A stretch of DNA of 64,000 nucleotides from Camelus dromedarius. Lineage: Eukaryota. The notes beneath the pieces are model-generated. The model did not search any database. It worked only from the letters and a program-made list of their open reading frames with translations, and was not told the origin of the DNA. The stretch spans positions 43,650,001 through 43,714,000 of the forward strand of contig NC_087447.1 in NCBI RefSeq assembly GCF_036321535.1, read 5' to 3'. Of the stretch, positions 24,799 to 36,299 are shown in pieces. The stretch's first letter is position 1; each line of letters begins with the position of its first letter. The translations under genes were made by a program, and so were the position numbers.

Positions 24799-27700
24799 CT
24801 GTAGGGAGGGAGAGAAAGGAGAAAAAAGCACTCAGGGTCAGTCAGCTCTCAGGCACAGCACTCCTCAGGAGGGCAGCACGGACAGAAGGACGGACGCGTG
24901 CAGAGGGGCAGCGGGCGAGGAGTGGGCAGCACCCAGCAGTTGCTGTCTGTGACCACCTGCTTTCTTCACAGGAACCAAAAGACGTGGCATCTTTCCCGAG
25001 TTCTGCCCCATCTGTGGGCCTGTCTTGCAGTTTGAACAGCCCCCTGGCTGCTCCTTCGTGCCATACTGGGGGCCATCCTTGCACATCAATATCTGAAGCT
25101 CAGAGTCTCTCAACAGCGGAGACAGGTTTAAACGGTTCACACGGACACTTCCCTTCTACCCAAGCCCATGCTACACTTGCCAACTCTGTCCCCAAACACG
25201 CCACTCTGCTGTGCACAGGGGACAGACGGCGCACAACACACTCATGCATGCTTATATGTCCCCAACCCTAAGCTCTTCCTCGTACCCGATGCCAAATCTT
25301 ACTCCTTCGCTTCCCACTCCAAAACTGACTCCTTCGCAGCCTCAAGAACATTTTGGTCTTTCAGGGCAACTTTGGAAAATCCGCAACCCTTGGAATCCAT
25401 ACCTACTCGATTCTGACCCTTGCACTAGCAGCCCTATTGGGCTTTCCTTTAACTACTCTGCAGACATTGAGCGTCAATTCTGCAGGGACCCAAGGCCACA
25501 GGAAGCAATGGCGCTCACAGGTGAGTGGGGAGAGAGACACAAATAACAGTCACAAAGAGCTGTAAGTGCTCTGCTGAGAGGACCACAGGGCTTTCAGGGA
25601 GTAGCGAGTGAATGCTTCTGCCTAGGTCAAGAGGAAGGGATGAGACGCGCCTAAGCGATGTCAAGTAGGCATGTTCTAGCCCCTTTGCCTGGGTGTGGGA
25701 ATAGAGGAGACGAGGAGTGACGGGCATGGGGAACAGGGTGGATGACGATGCCACTCATGGCAGCAACAAGCCCAAGAGGTGGGGAGGACTGTGAGCATCC
25801 TATGGGGAAGGTATACAGAGTTAAGGAGACAGTTGGCCATAGAGCCAAACAGAGCCCAGGGTGGGTGGGGTGGCAGCCAATTCAAGCGTTTAGCCCCTCC
25901 CTGCCCCCCTTTACTGGTATTCTGAACACCCGTATCTGGTACTGAGAACCATGCTAGAAAGAGGTTTTCCATCCACGAGAGAAACAGTGTTTCCTAAAAA
26001 AAGAAGAGCTCCTCCCCCATCATCTTGTTGTCCTGGGTGGCAGGCGGACCTGAGGGTCTGGGTGGCAGCTTGGGGCTGAGAGGGGCCTGGGCTGAGGCCC
26101 CGAGGCCAGCCTGCTCTACTCCCCAGGGATGCCACTTGAGAGCACAGTGAGTGCAGCCATCGCTGTCATAAGGGGGCCCGGCCCCTAGCCTCCCAGCAGC
26201 CCTCCCAGCTTAGCCTAGAGGCACTTCCTTACCAGGACTGCAGGATCGGGTTGGGAAATCAAGGTGACCCTTGCGGGCCTGAGTAAGTGCGCTGGACCCC
26301 AGGCCTCTACCCAGCTCCGCTGTTGCTGGTCCCTGAACCCTGGTGGGACACTTACCAATGGGCTGGGACCACACCCGCGCTCTGACTTCTCACCTGCAGA
26401 CACTGGGCTGTCACTTGCCCTTTGCTTCATGTGCCCCGGGGCTGTGAACCCCTTGCTGCCTGAGCTCAGATGCCTAACAAGGGCAGAGGATTCCTGCCTG
26501 ACTGGCCTCAGCCACTAGGAGTCACAGTCTCGCCCTGTCTCTGCTGCCCATGAACTTGGCCATGACGGGGAGACCGCCTACGTTCATTCTGTTCCTGATT
26601 TTTCTCCTAAGAAGTCTCAGTCTTTTGGTGCTTTGATCGTTCAGCAGGTAGAGCCACAGGATTACCTATGAGGACTGAGAAAGTGGAGAGGGAGGCATTA
26701 AAGAGGGAGGAGAGGAGCTGGAATTGGCAGTCCCAGGTGGAGGGATTAGCTAAGCACAAAGGGAAAGCAAGGTGGGGGTCCAGGTAGGTTTCCAGATAAG
26801 AAACAGGACATCGAGGGAGATCCTCCCCGATGGTCTTGTTCTTCTCTGTAAAGGAGGCAGCCAGGTTGCCTGCTAAAAAGGACACAGCAGTGAAGCAAAA
26901 GGGGGTCCAAATTTACAACAGTCTCTATGAGGCATGGGAAGAAAAAAGTTAGCTGTGGATAAAAGCAATGCTGGAAATTAACCAGCATTGAGGTGGTTTT
27001 TTTTTTAAACATCTAACCATCTAATCAAGAACACTGGGGCAGAAGGAAGAATGAAGGTTTATTAAGGATGGAGTCAAAAGCAATCCCTCAAGGTAACGAT
27101 CAGCCTTCATCTTCTCAAAGAGGAAGACTCAGCCTCTGACCAGTGTCGAAGCTCTGACGAGTCACAGTGGGATGCGGTGAAACGTGAACAGGCTTCGAAC
27201 CCCTGCAGACCTGGCTTTCATCCAGTCTGCCACTGTCTTCACTGAATTGACTGAGACTTAGTAAGTACCTGGCATGGGACCTGGCACACTGAGGCCCTTG
27301 ATAAATGTGAGTTCACTTTCCCCTACTGCTTTGCCTGTCGCAACCAAGCATTTGATTCACAAGAAATGAACGAGAAACTGGGAGAGCAACAGAAAATACC
27401 TCAAGGTCATAGGGCACAGTTAAGGCCCACGTGACACTGATCGATGACAATGAAAGCCCAGTGACTCCACATCCCCCAGGGTGCTCACCTCACTGGCCGC
27501 TCTCCTCCAGAATCTTTGGTCTCTCCTGGCCCATGGCCCTTCCAGTCTTCAGACTTGCTCTTCTCTCTCTTATGTAAGTTTCAAGAACTCCACTGCCCTC
27601 TCCCTTGTCTTGGTCCCTGTCATTACATCTCTCAAATGAGGAGTCTAGACCCACTGACCCTGATTTTCACCACCTCATTCCCGCCCTCAGTCTCCAGGGA

Positions 27701-29789
27701 GCTCTAGCCCCCACCACACAAGGGGCACCACCTCTTCCTCAGCGGCCCCCTCCTGGTCACATCCACATGCGTGTTCTCTGCCCTCGAGCTGCGTGGCTCC
27801 CTTCTGACGTGTTTAGCTCCTCACCTTCAGCAATTCTGCACTACTGAGGTTCTTCTGGCCCCTCTTGGACTCTCTTTCTGCCACCTTATCTATCGCTCCA
27901 GTCTGCGTAGGTAGGTCTTTAAGAATCCCAACGTCAAGTGCTCCATTTAGTTTGTCCTTGGCTTCCTGTCATCACAACTTCAAGTCCTTCTATATCAGCC
28001 TCCAAATGGTGGACTGAAAATGCTCATCAGACAGGAGGGCTATGGGCAGATGATGTGACCCTCTACAAAATACCTTCCTAGAGGTAGTCTTAAGGTACTA
28101 TTCATTATCATTTGGGTAGCATATGCCTATTTTAGCTCTCGCCCTATATTCCTCTGCCTTATCCACACAAGACTATCCCAAGCAGTGGTTTTGCAATGCC
28201 TTGCTGAAGTGCGAGTTTACCAGGTCGACCACCACAAGATGCATTCCCAGTTAAACCAATGAGGTCGATAGGATGTAACTCACTCTTAATGGACACAGAC
28301 CTCTCTCTATTTTGTCTTCTAGCTCCTCATTAGCCATCGTTGGGTTGACCTCGAACTCAAAAGACCAAACTTTATAAAACCTTTTTAACTTTCTGTGTGA
28401 AGAGTAAGAGGAAGGAGGAGGAAGGGAAGGAGAAAGGAGAAGAGAAAGGGGAGGAGAACGAAGATGAAGAAGAAAACAGTTACTTCCAGTTTTTCAAACT
28501 TGCTTGATTCCCTGATTCCTTAAATTTCACTTACAGCGAGCAGTTTAGGGACGGCTGTCCTGAGTTCTATGCCCTTGTCAGAGGCATCAGTGGAACCAAG
28601 CCCATTCTTTCTTTGAGCTTCTTGAGAGCATAACTTTCCATTGTCCTCAGCATTGTCCTTCTGTGTGGGGCTTGCCCTTCCTGGTGCTGCCCATGAAGGT
28701 GCACTTTGATCTGTCCTTTCTATCTTGTACAAGCCCCTTCGAAAACTAGCTGGTGCCTCTAAGCTTTTCCTTTTTATTGGTATTACTTGTGAGATTACAT
28801 GGCCAGAATTCTATTTGTAAGTAGTTCAGTATTCTTGAGGCATCTCTTCTATTCTACTTCTGACCTTTCAAAGTATGATTTACTGAAGTCTAGGGGGCAT
28901 GTCTGACTATGCTGAGTTTTCCCCTCCCTTGCTGTCATAAGCTCTCAAAACAACAATGGCCACTCTCTCTCTGGGTACCCATCACTTTTTCTTCATCGAC
29001 TAGTTACCCCCTTGCTTCAGCATCAGAGCTAGAGTAGCAGTTTTCCTGCTTTTCTTTCTCTACATTCAGGGCCAAAACTACCAACAAGGTGGGGAGAAAC
29101 AGAAACCAACCTTTCTTAATACAATATTGGAAACTGACTAGACCTCATAAAAACTTTAAAAAATAAAAATAAAAAACCAACCTTCCCCATACTTAGGTGT
29201 TTAGCTGGAGGAAGTTTTTAGCAGCTATCCAAATTGCTGCTCCCTTCCCATTACTGGCCCTTGTCTGCCTCCATCAGTCTGGGGATCTGTATCAGAAGTG
29301 CATCTACCTTCCTCCTCTGCTCTGTGTGACCATGTGGGCCCCCACCCCCAGCACCTCTGCACATTCTCCTTGAATTCTCCCCATCCACGGGGAGGTGTCA
29401 TTTTCCAACACAACTACCCTCAGGCTTGGCACTTCAACTTGCTTTCAGAACTTTTTACCTCCAGGGCCTCCACCTCCTCTCTTAACAGGTCTGTTTCTCT
29501 CCCATAAGGGCAGAGCCTTTTGGCACCTGTGTTCCACTGCTGGGACTCACATCATCAAGTCTGGGTGATATTTATGAAGTTCTTATCACTGTTCTGTAAT
29601 CTCAGCTTCCTTTGTTTATTACTCCTGCTGCGCTAACCATCAAAGTGCTTTTTTTATGGTTCTTTCCTATGTGAAAACTACCGGGCACCTCCCATCATCC
29701 CAGGCTTTCCCAGCCCATCCTACGTGCTAAACTGGTTCACAATTTTACTTCGTGGCTTCCCTCACTCCTCCTTCATGCTCAGTTTAATA

Positions 29790-30580
29790 GTTTCTGGTGC
29801 TCTGACACATTGCTGGTGGACATACAACCTCTGTATCTGTCAGAATTTCCAGTGCATGTACCCTTTGACCCTTCAATTCCACTTCAATATCCTCACATGT
29901 CCAGGAGTATTCACAGTAGCATTATTTGCAATAGTAGACACTTCGGAACAACTTAAATGTCCACAAAGGAGAACTGGTTAAGAAAGAGACTCAAAGGACA
30001 CAGAAAATAAACTGTGGTTACCAGGCGGGAAAGGTGAGAGGAAGGATACATTAGGAGTTTGGGATTACTAGATACACACTAATATAAAAAAAACAGATAA
30101 ACAATAAGGACCTACTGTACAGCACAGGGAACTGTATTCAATTTCTTGTAATGGAAAAGAATCTAAATAATACATATGTATGTATATGTTTAAAAAAGAA
30201 CTGATTAAATAAACGAGGGCATAGTCAGATGTGAAATAATATGCAAACATAAATATGAACAAGGAAGTTTCTTTCAATGTACTTGATCTGAAGTGAACTC
30301 TACTTGACTGCTAAATTTAAAAAAAAAAAAGGTCCAGAATAATGTGCACTTGTGCAAAAATGAGGGAAAGAATTTAACCACATAAATCCGCTTGTCCAGG
30401 CATACGATAACTCTGAAGGACGCTAAACAAACTGACAACATTGGTGCCTGACTGATGGCTGGGGGACAGGCATGGAAGGAGAGGTTCTGCTACACATACC
30501 TTTTCGAACTCTTAAATTTTTCATTGTCAGAGTAGGTTTCCTATACTAATATAAACGGATAAGTAAAATAAAAACAAGAA
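29790..30580 (+). mobile_element. Old LINE-1 3' remnant with a younger L1 3' UTR fragment (~29985-30200) nested in it
   Basis: ttcacagtagcattatttgcaatag...acttaaatgtcca (L1 ORF2 end). Younger piece: agactca...ggttaccagg...ggagtttgggatta...cctactgtacagcacagggaac. Confidence 0.75.
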
Positions 30581-32129
30581 TAATAAAACTCTCCTAGTTA
30601 GGCCAGCTGTTCTCTGAGCAAACACAATCTTCCCCACCTTTGTTCTGTACTCCACGTTCATCCTTCCAATTGCCCCGGTTCAGACATCAGAATCCCTCCC
30701 TTCCAGAGTCCCACTAGTAGGAAGAAAGTCTGACAATCCCATCTGTGCAATAAGACACTCCATTTTTTGCCAGCAAATCCTAAAGATTTTGTGCGGCTCT
30801 CTTCATGCTTGTGTGTATCATGCACCAACTGGGCTGACTCTGTTCCCCTGCTCCCCTCTGTAGAGGCTGCTCTAGTACTACACGCAGGACCCTTTGGATC
30901 TCCCTGCATCCCCAGTGCTTAGGAAAGCCAGATGCCCTTCTCCAAGGAAGATCCCTCCAAGGGACACGCCTTCTACAGATGTGCCACCCAGAGGTCTTCC
31001 TTTGCCTCTGGATCTCTTTCTTTCCTGTTCCATCCTCCTAATTGTCATATTTACTTTCCATGTCCGTCACTTTTCCTGCAGTCCTGCTTCTCAGGAGTAA
31101 ACCTAACTGGTCCAATCTTGGGTCCCCTGAAACCACCCAGAACCACTGCAAGAGGCTCAGGAGAAAAGGTGAAGTAGACAGGAAGTCTAGTATTCACCCA
31201 TATCGTATTAGAGCCACCACTGACTGACCCCCGAGCAAGGATGGCTGGCAGATTGTCTCCAATTAACAAGAAACCTGCACCTCAAAGTCCTCAGGGTTAT
31301 AGACAAACATCTGTAATCACTTCCACAACTGACTACAGGGAAACAGGATACTGGTTTAGGATAAAACCTGAGCTACACGGAGAAAGTTTGTTTCAGATCT
31401 GGCTACCTTAAAAAAAAAAAAAAAGTCCTACTTTTTTTAAACCCGCAAGCAATCAGGCCTCAGGCTAAGCACATTCATTGGGAAAAACAGCAGCAGAGTA
31501 GGATGGGAAGCAACATTCCCTTTATTCATGCAACTCCAACCTCAGCTGACCTGAGCTAGCCAAATATCTCATTCAAAATAAACATCTCCATGCATATGAC
31601 AATAGTGCAGCTTAAGTAGCCCTCGGTGGTTTTAAGCTTCGGGTGCCCCAAATAGACAGAAATAGTGGTGGAGGTTCTGAGCATACCAACCAAGATTATG
31701 TTCAATTACAAGCACAAGAAATTTGTTTCAGGTCATGTGGCTGTTTGCTGATTATCACAAGTTTGAACAGCCTGAAAAATTCCTCCACGTGGAAACCAAA
31801 ATGTTTGTACTAGCAAGGAAGGGCTGTTATCTGGTAGGGCTGAGGCCAAGCAGCTCAGCGTCTATGCTGCCTCATGTATGAACAGCCTAATGGAAAACAA
31901 AAACAAAAATTCAGATTGAGAAAGAATCCGTCAGAAAAAAAAAAAAAAGAAAGAAAAGAAAGCCAGCAGGAAAATGACTGCCGAGTTGTACTCGGCTTAG
32001 AAATGGGATCTCCCCTTCCTTCCTGTCTTCCCTAGAAAGGATCTGAGCTGCCCCAGCTCGGGACTAACTCAGCACTCGTCCACAGATGGACTGGCTCTCA
32101 CACTCACAAACATACACCCCAAACGTGGG

Positions 32130-32530
32130 TCCATGCTCCTTGAAGTAACTGGCTCAGAACCAGGCACATGACCCAAACTGACCCAATGAGATGCAATCCT
32201 GAGGCTTTTGCTGGACCGTTTGAGAAACAGAACCTCCCTCTCTGCAGGGGTTGCCAGGCTAGAAGGACCTAGAGCTGCTGATGGCCATCTCTGTCACCAC
32301 AGGGGTAGACCCTTCCTGAGAATAAGGCTAAAACAGAACCAAATGCTCCACACTAAGCCTGATTTCTAATGACATGGTGACACCGTCTGGATCCAGTGAG
32401 AGCAGCTTTCTAAACCCTAGACTTTCAGTTGTATGACCTAATAACCCTCCCTCTCTTTCTTTTCCTTCTTTTTTTCTCTCTTTCCTTCTTTCCTTCCTTC
32501 AGTGGTTTTGAGCTGTCCCTACTTGAAGCC
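32130..32530 (+). mobile_element. MaLR LTR remnant (MLT1-like)
   Basis: ggcacatgacccaa...ccaatgagatgc...ggccatct...tggatccag...tttcagtt...aataa; boundaries approximate. Confidence 0.6.
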
Positions 32531-33404
32531 TTCTTACAAAGTTGTTGAATTCTGCCTGCAAGCCTGAATGTATATCCACACGTGATCACACATCTTGAAA
32601 CATTGGTAAAATGACTCTAAACTTGGAGAAAATTCAAATGGCTCCTCCCTGGTTTCAGAAGCAGAGTCTATTCAACTAACACTTCACACAGATAACCTTT
32701 CAGTCCGCGTGAGCTTTGCAGTAAGCAAATAAGGTATCTAGGTCTCCATTTCCATTTCCAGCATGCTTAACAACAACACAACCAATGAGAAATTGAGCCT
32801 GTGCTCAAAAGCAATGTAAGGAATATGCCTCACACACTAGAAGCATCTCAATCACTAGTGTTTACCCAATAAACACAGAAATATGCCAGGTTTCAGTGCA
32901 GGATAACGCTGGCACGTAATAGAAAGGAATAACATTCATCTTTAGATTTTGGAGATGCCTAAATAGTAGAAGAGAATGAGGGTAAACCAAGTACCTACAA
33001 AATGCCAGATCCTATGATAGAGACTTTGGTGGGGTTTTTTGCTCAACTTTATCAGTTACCCATTTTACAGATGAAAAAAACTGAAGCTCAGAGAATTTAA
33101 GTAGTTAACTTGTTGACGTTCAAAGAGCTATTAAGCAGTTAGGTCAGTAATTAAGCCAAGGTGTTTCTAAACCCAAAGGCCATCTTCTTTCCACATCTCA
33201 CAATCCCAGGTACAAATATATGGGCCTATAGGTAGAGGCACATAGAAGACAGTTATCTAAGGTTAAATAAAATACGCTGTTCTTTCTCAAATAAAGGACC
33301 TCTAAGCCTAAAATTTATCCAAAACATTTATCCAAAAAAAAGAGTCTGGCATGCTCTAGTCAATGGTGTATGGAGCCTGAAAAAACAAAAACAAAACACA
33401 GGCA

Positions 33405-33491
33405 GGGGGAGGGATACAGTTCAGTAGCAGAGTGCATGCTCAGCATGCACGAGGTTCTGGGTTCAATCCCAGTATCTCCATTAAAAAAAAA
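33405..33491 (+). mobile_element. Camelid tRNA-derived SINE (Vic-1-like)
   Basis: Same head and B box, A tail, flanked by aaaaca(c/t)agg. Confidence 0.85.
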
Positions 33492-34035
33492 CCCCAAAAC
33501 ATAGGTAAATATTCTCTAAGAGAAGGCCTGCACAGGCTCATCCATATGCACCATCAGGAGAAAAGAAACACATCACCTAAGGGTTCCATCCAGGTTGGTG
33601 AAATGCACATCAAAGAGTATCTCCAGACTCCGCGGATAGTGATGCTGGCCTGTTGGGCAGCTGACTTCGTCCCAGGACATGGACATTACCTTGGCTCTCA
33701 CAGAAGACATCTTGTGTCCCTCTGCGTATTCTCTGATCCTTCCCCCACTACTGCTTCCCTTTCCATCCTTGTCAGCAGCTTGAAGGAGGATAAAGCCTTA
33801 GAGCCAAAACTGGGTGGTTTGGGCATTGCTGAAATCTGCAGCCACTGCAAAACCTGATAACTTGGTATTAACAGATCATTGTGTATCTAGTGCATAGATG
33901 TTTCTGGCGCCCAGCAGCTGCCAGGCTTGGGGTTGACCAGATGTTCTGAAGCCGCATTAGGATAGCTTCTCCTGATTTGTACTTAGGGCAGTGCCCCCAT
34001 CCCCCACCCCCCAGAACGCGGTGTATCACACTCAC

Positions 34036-34167
34036 CTCTGCTTTTCTCTGTTTCTCCTCCTGCTCTCTCTGCTCCTTCTCCATGCCCACCAGCTTGAGCT
34101 TCAGCTCAGAAACTTCAGTCAGCAAATCGAGCTTCTGACTCTCAAGAGATGTACGACTTAGCAGCTC
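34036..34167 (-). CDS. PPFIBP2: PPFIBP2 coding exon (~exon 6), 132 nt, ELLSRTSLESQKLDLLTEVSELKLKLVGMEKEQREQEEKQRKAE
   Basis: ttgcag/GAG...GAG/gtgagt, phase 0-0. Confidence 0.97.
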
Positions 34168-34536
34168 CTGCAAGCAAAAACAGATCTCAAACCCATAAAC
34201 CTCCATGGCAACAAGAATGACTCCAGCTCCATCCATAGCACATAAGGCAATCTCTACACTGTACGCTGAAACTGCTACACATGAGCCACACTCCCAGCAG
34301 GGACAGGCTGGGCTGACGACGGGCCACTCAGGGACAGCACAGCCCCTGACACCACCCACTGTGCTCCAAGAGGCAGTGTGAGCTACATTTCTCAAAAAAC
34401 ACATTTGCCCATAGAAACCATTATTCATTATTTCCCGGTAGAGAAAAATGGATGGGTCTGCTCAAAGAATAAAATTTCCCCGTATCTATTTTGAAGGCAA
34501 AGCAACAGCAGACCCTATCCACCAAAACAAAGTGCA

Positions 34537-34668
34537 TTTTTTTTTTAGTTTTTTTTCTGGGGAGGTAATTAGGTTTATTTATTTATTCATTTTAATGGAG
34601 GTACTGAGGATTAAACCCAGAATCTTATGCATGCAAAGCATATACTCTACCACTGCTATACCCTCCCC
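34537..34668 (-). mobile_element. Camelid tRNA-derived SINE (Vic-1-like, long form)
   Basis: Reverse-complement match including ggggaggtaattaggtttatttattt. Confidence 0.85.
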
Positions 34669-35039
34669 ACAGACAAGTTTATGTTAACAATGTATTTTTC
34701 GAAACCAAAGTTTCTATATCACTTCCCAGGCTCAGTCAATACTCAGCCCAGTCTGCAACACAACTCCCTAGGCCAAAGGCCGTCAGTACCTCAGAAAGCC
34801 AGGCGACAAACTGTCCATCTGCCAGCCTGAGGGAATGAGTATCTAGAAGCCAAAGAATTCAGCACAATGAGCCTACTACTGGGCTGAGGAACCCAGCTCT
34901 TCCTGGACCAGCCAGACCTGAAGCTGGCTTCTAGGGCAAAGGCGGCAGCACTGCCGGGCCAGAACTGTGGGCTACGTGGTCGTGAGGAGTTAGCCAGATA
35001 AGTGTGTCCAGTGTTGGGGGTGAGTGGGCATAGATTCAC

Positions 35040-35240
35040 TGAGTGTCACCTCTGTGCCAGACACTGTCGTATATTTTACATACATCCCCTTATTAAACCC
35101 TCCCAGTGACTTGGCAGTAAATATTATTATCCTGATGTTACAGATGAAGAAACAGGCCCAGAGACTGGCCTGCCTTGGCCAAGGGCACAGGATGATCAAC
35201 ATGAGAGTTAGGTTTCAAACCAAAGTCTGTTTGGCTCCAA
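35040..35240 (-). mobile_element. MIR SINE
   Basis: attattatcc...ttacagatgaagaaacaggcccagaga...ccaagggcaca. Confidence 0.7.
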
Positions 35241-36299
35241 AACTCATTTTTGTCTAACGTGTCACATTGTTTCCCAAACAGAGGAAGAAGTCCAAGAATT
35301 TCAAGGGAAATAAAAAAATACTTGCTGAAAAAAGCCAATCAACAAATATTCACTGAGGCCAGGAACCAGCCACTCAACTGATCAAGATTTGGCTCAGGAC
35401 CTACCATCCAGGGCTTGGTGCTAGGCCTCTGCAGGCCATAAAAGTCCCTGAAGGGTTCTTCCCTGGGAGAAGAAGATGGGATCTCTTGGTCTTGCGCATC
35501 TTAAGATGTAATCCTCCCCAACACTGCTGACTCACCCCCATCTCCTTCTCCCTCGTCCCCACCCTCCTCTCTGCCTCCACCACCCCATTCTTTGTCTCCC
35601 TCTCCATCCTTTCATCTACCTGCTTTGTTTCAAAAATGATTTCATGCAGTTTGCAAAACAGACAATTCAAATTTTAAAAATACACTGTAAAAATTAAAGC
35701 AGGTAAGAAAAGAAGTTGAAGCCAGAGTAATCGTTGGTATAAAATTCATATCCTCAAGTTCCATTCGTAGCTAGAGATGGATTTACAATGCATATGTGAG
35801 TTTCCCAGCCACCCCTTGATTCAAGCATTCAAGAAACTACCTTGGCGGGATTCAAAAAAAGTCTCAAAATGCATCTCTCTTGAAAGCTGAGAGTCTACTC
35901 TACTTCCGTTATCACCAAAATCCCTCTGGCTGTTTCGGCTGCCCGGTTGTAACTGGTCACACCACAGTTCCAGTTGATGAGGATAATATTCTAATTGGTT
36001 GTATTCCACTGATCACGCCAGGGTTCCAATTGGTCACACTAACATTCCAAGTGGACATTTCAACTGGACACACCCAAGCCTTAATTAGAAACCTGGGGCT
36101 GCTTTATTTCACACAGTCCACTGATAACAAAACTTGCACTTACTCTCCCCTCACCTGTATCTATCAGCATGTGCTTCCATCTTACACGATCATCACCCCT
36201 GCTCCTTGTCTCCCTGAACTCAAAGTCAGCCTTTGACAGCCTTACCCAGTCCAGCTCCCCTTCCCCATCTCCAGGCCCGGCATGGCCTCCAGCCACTGT

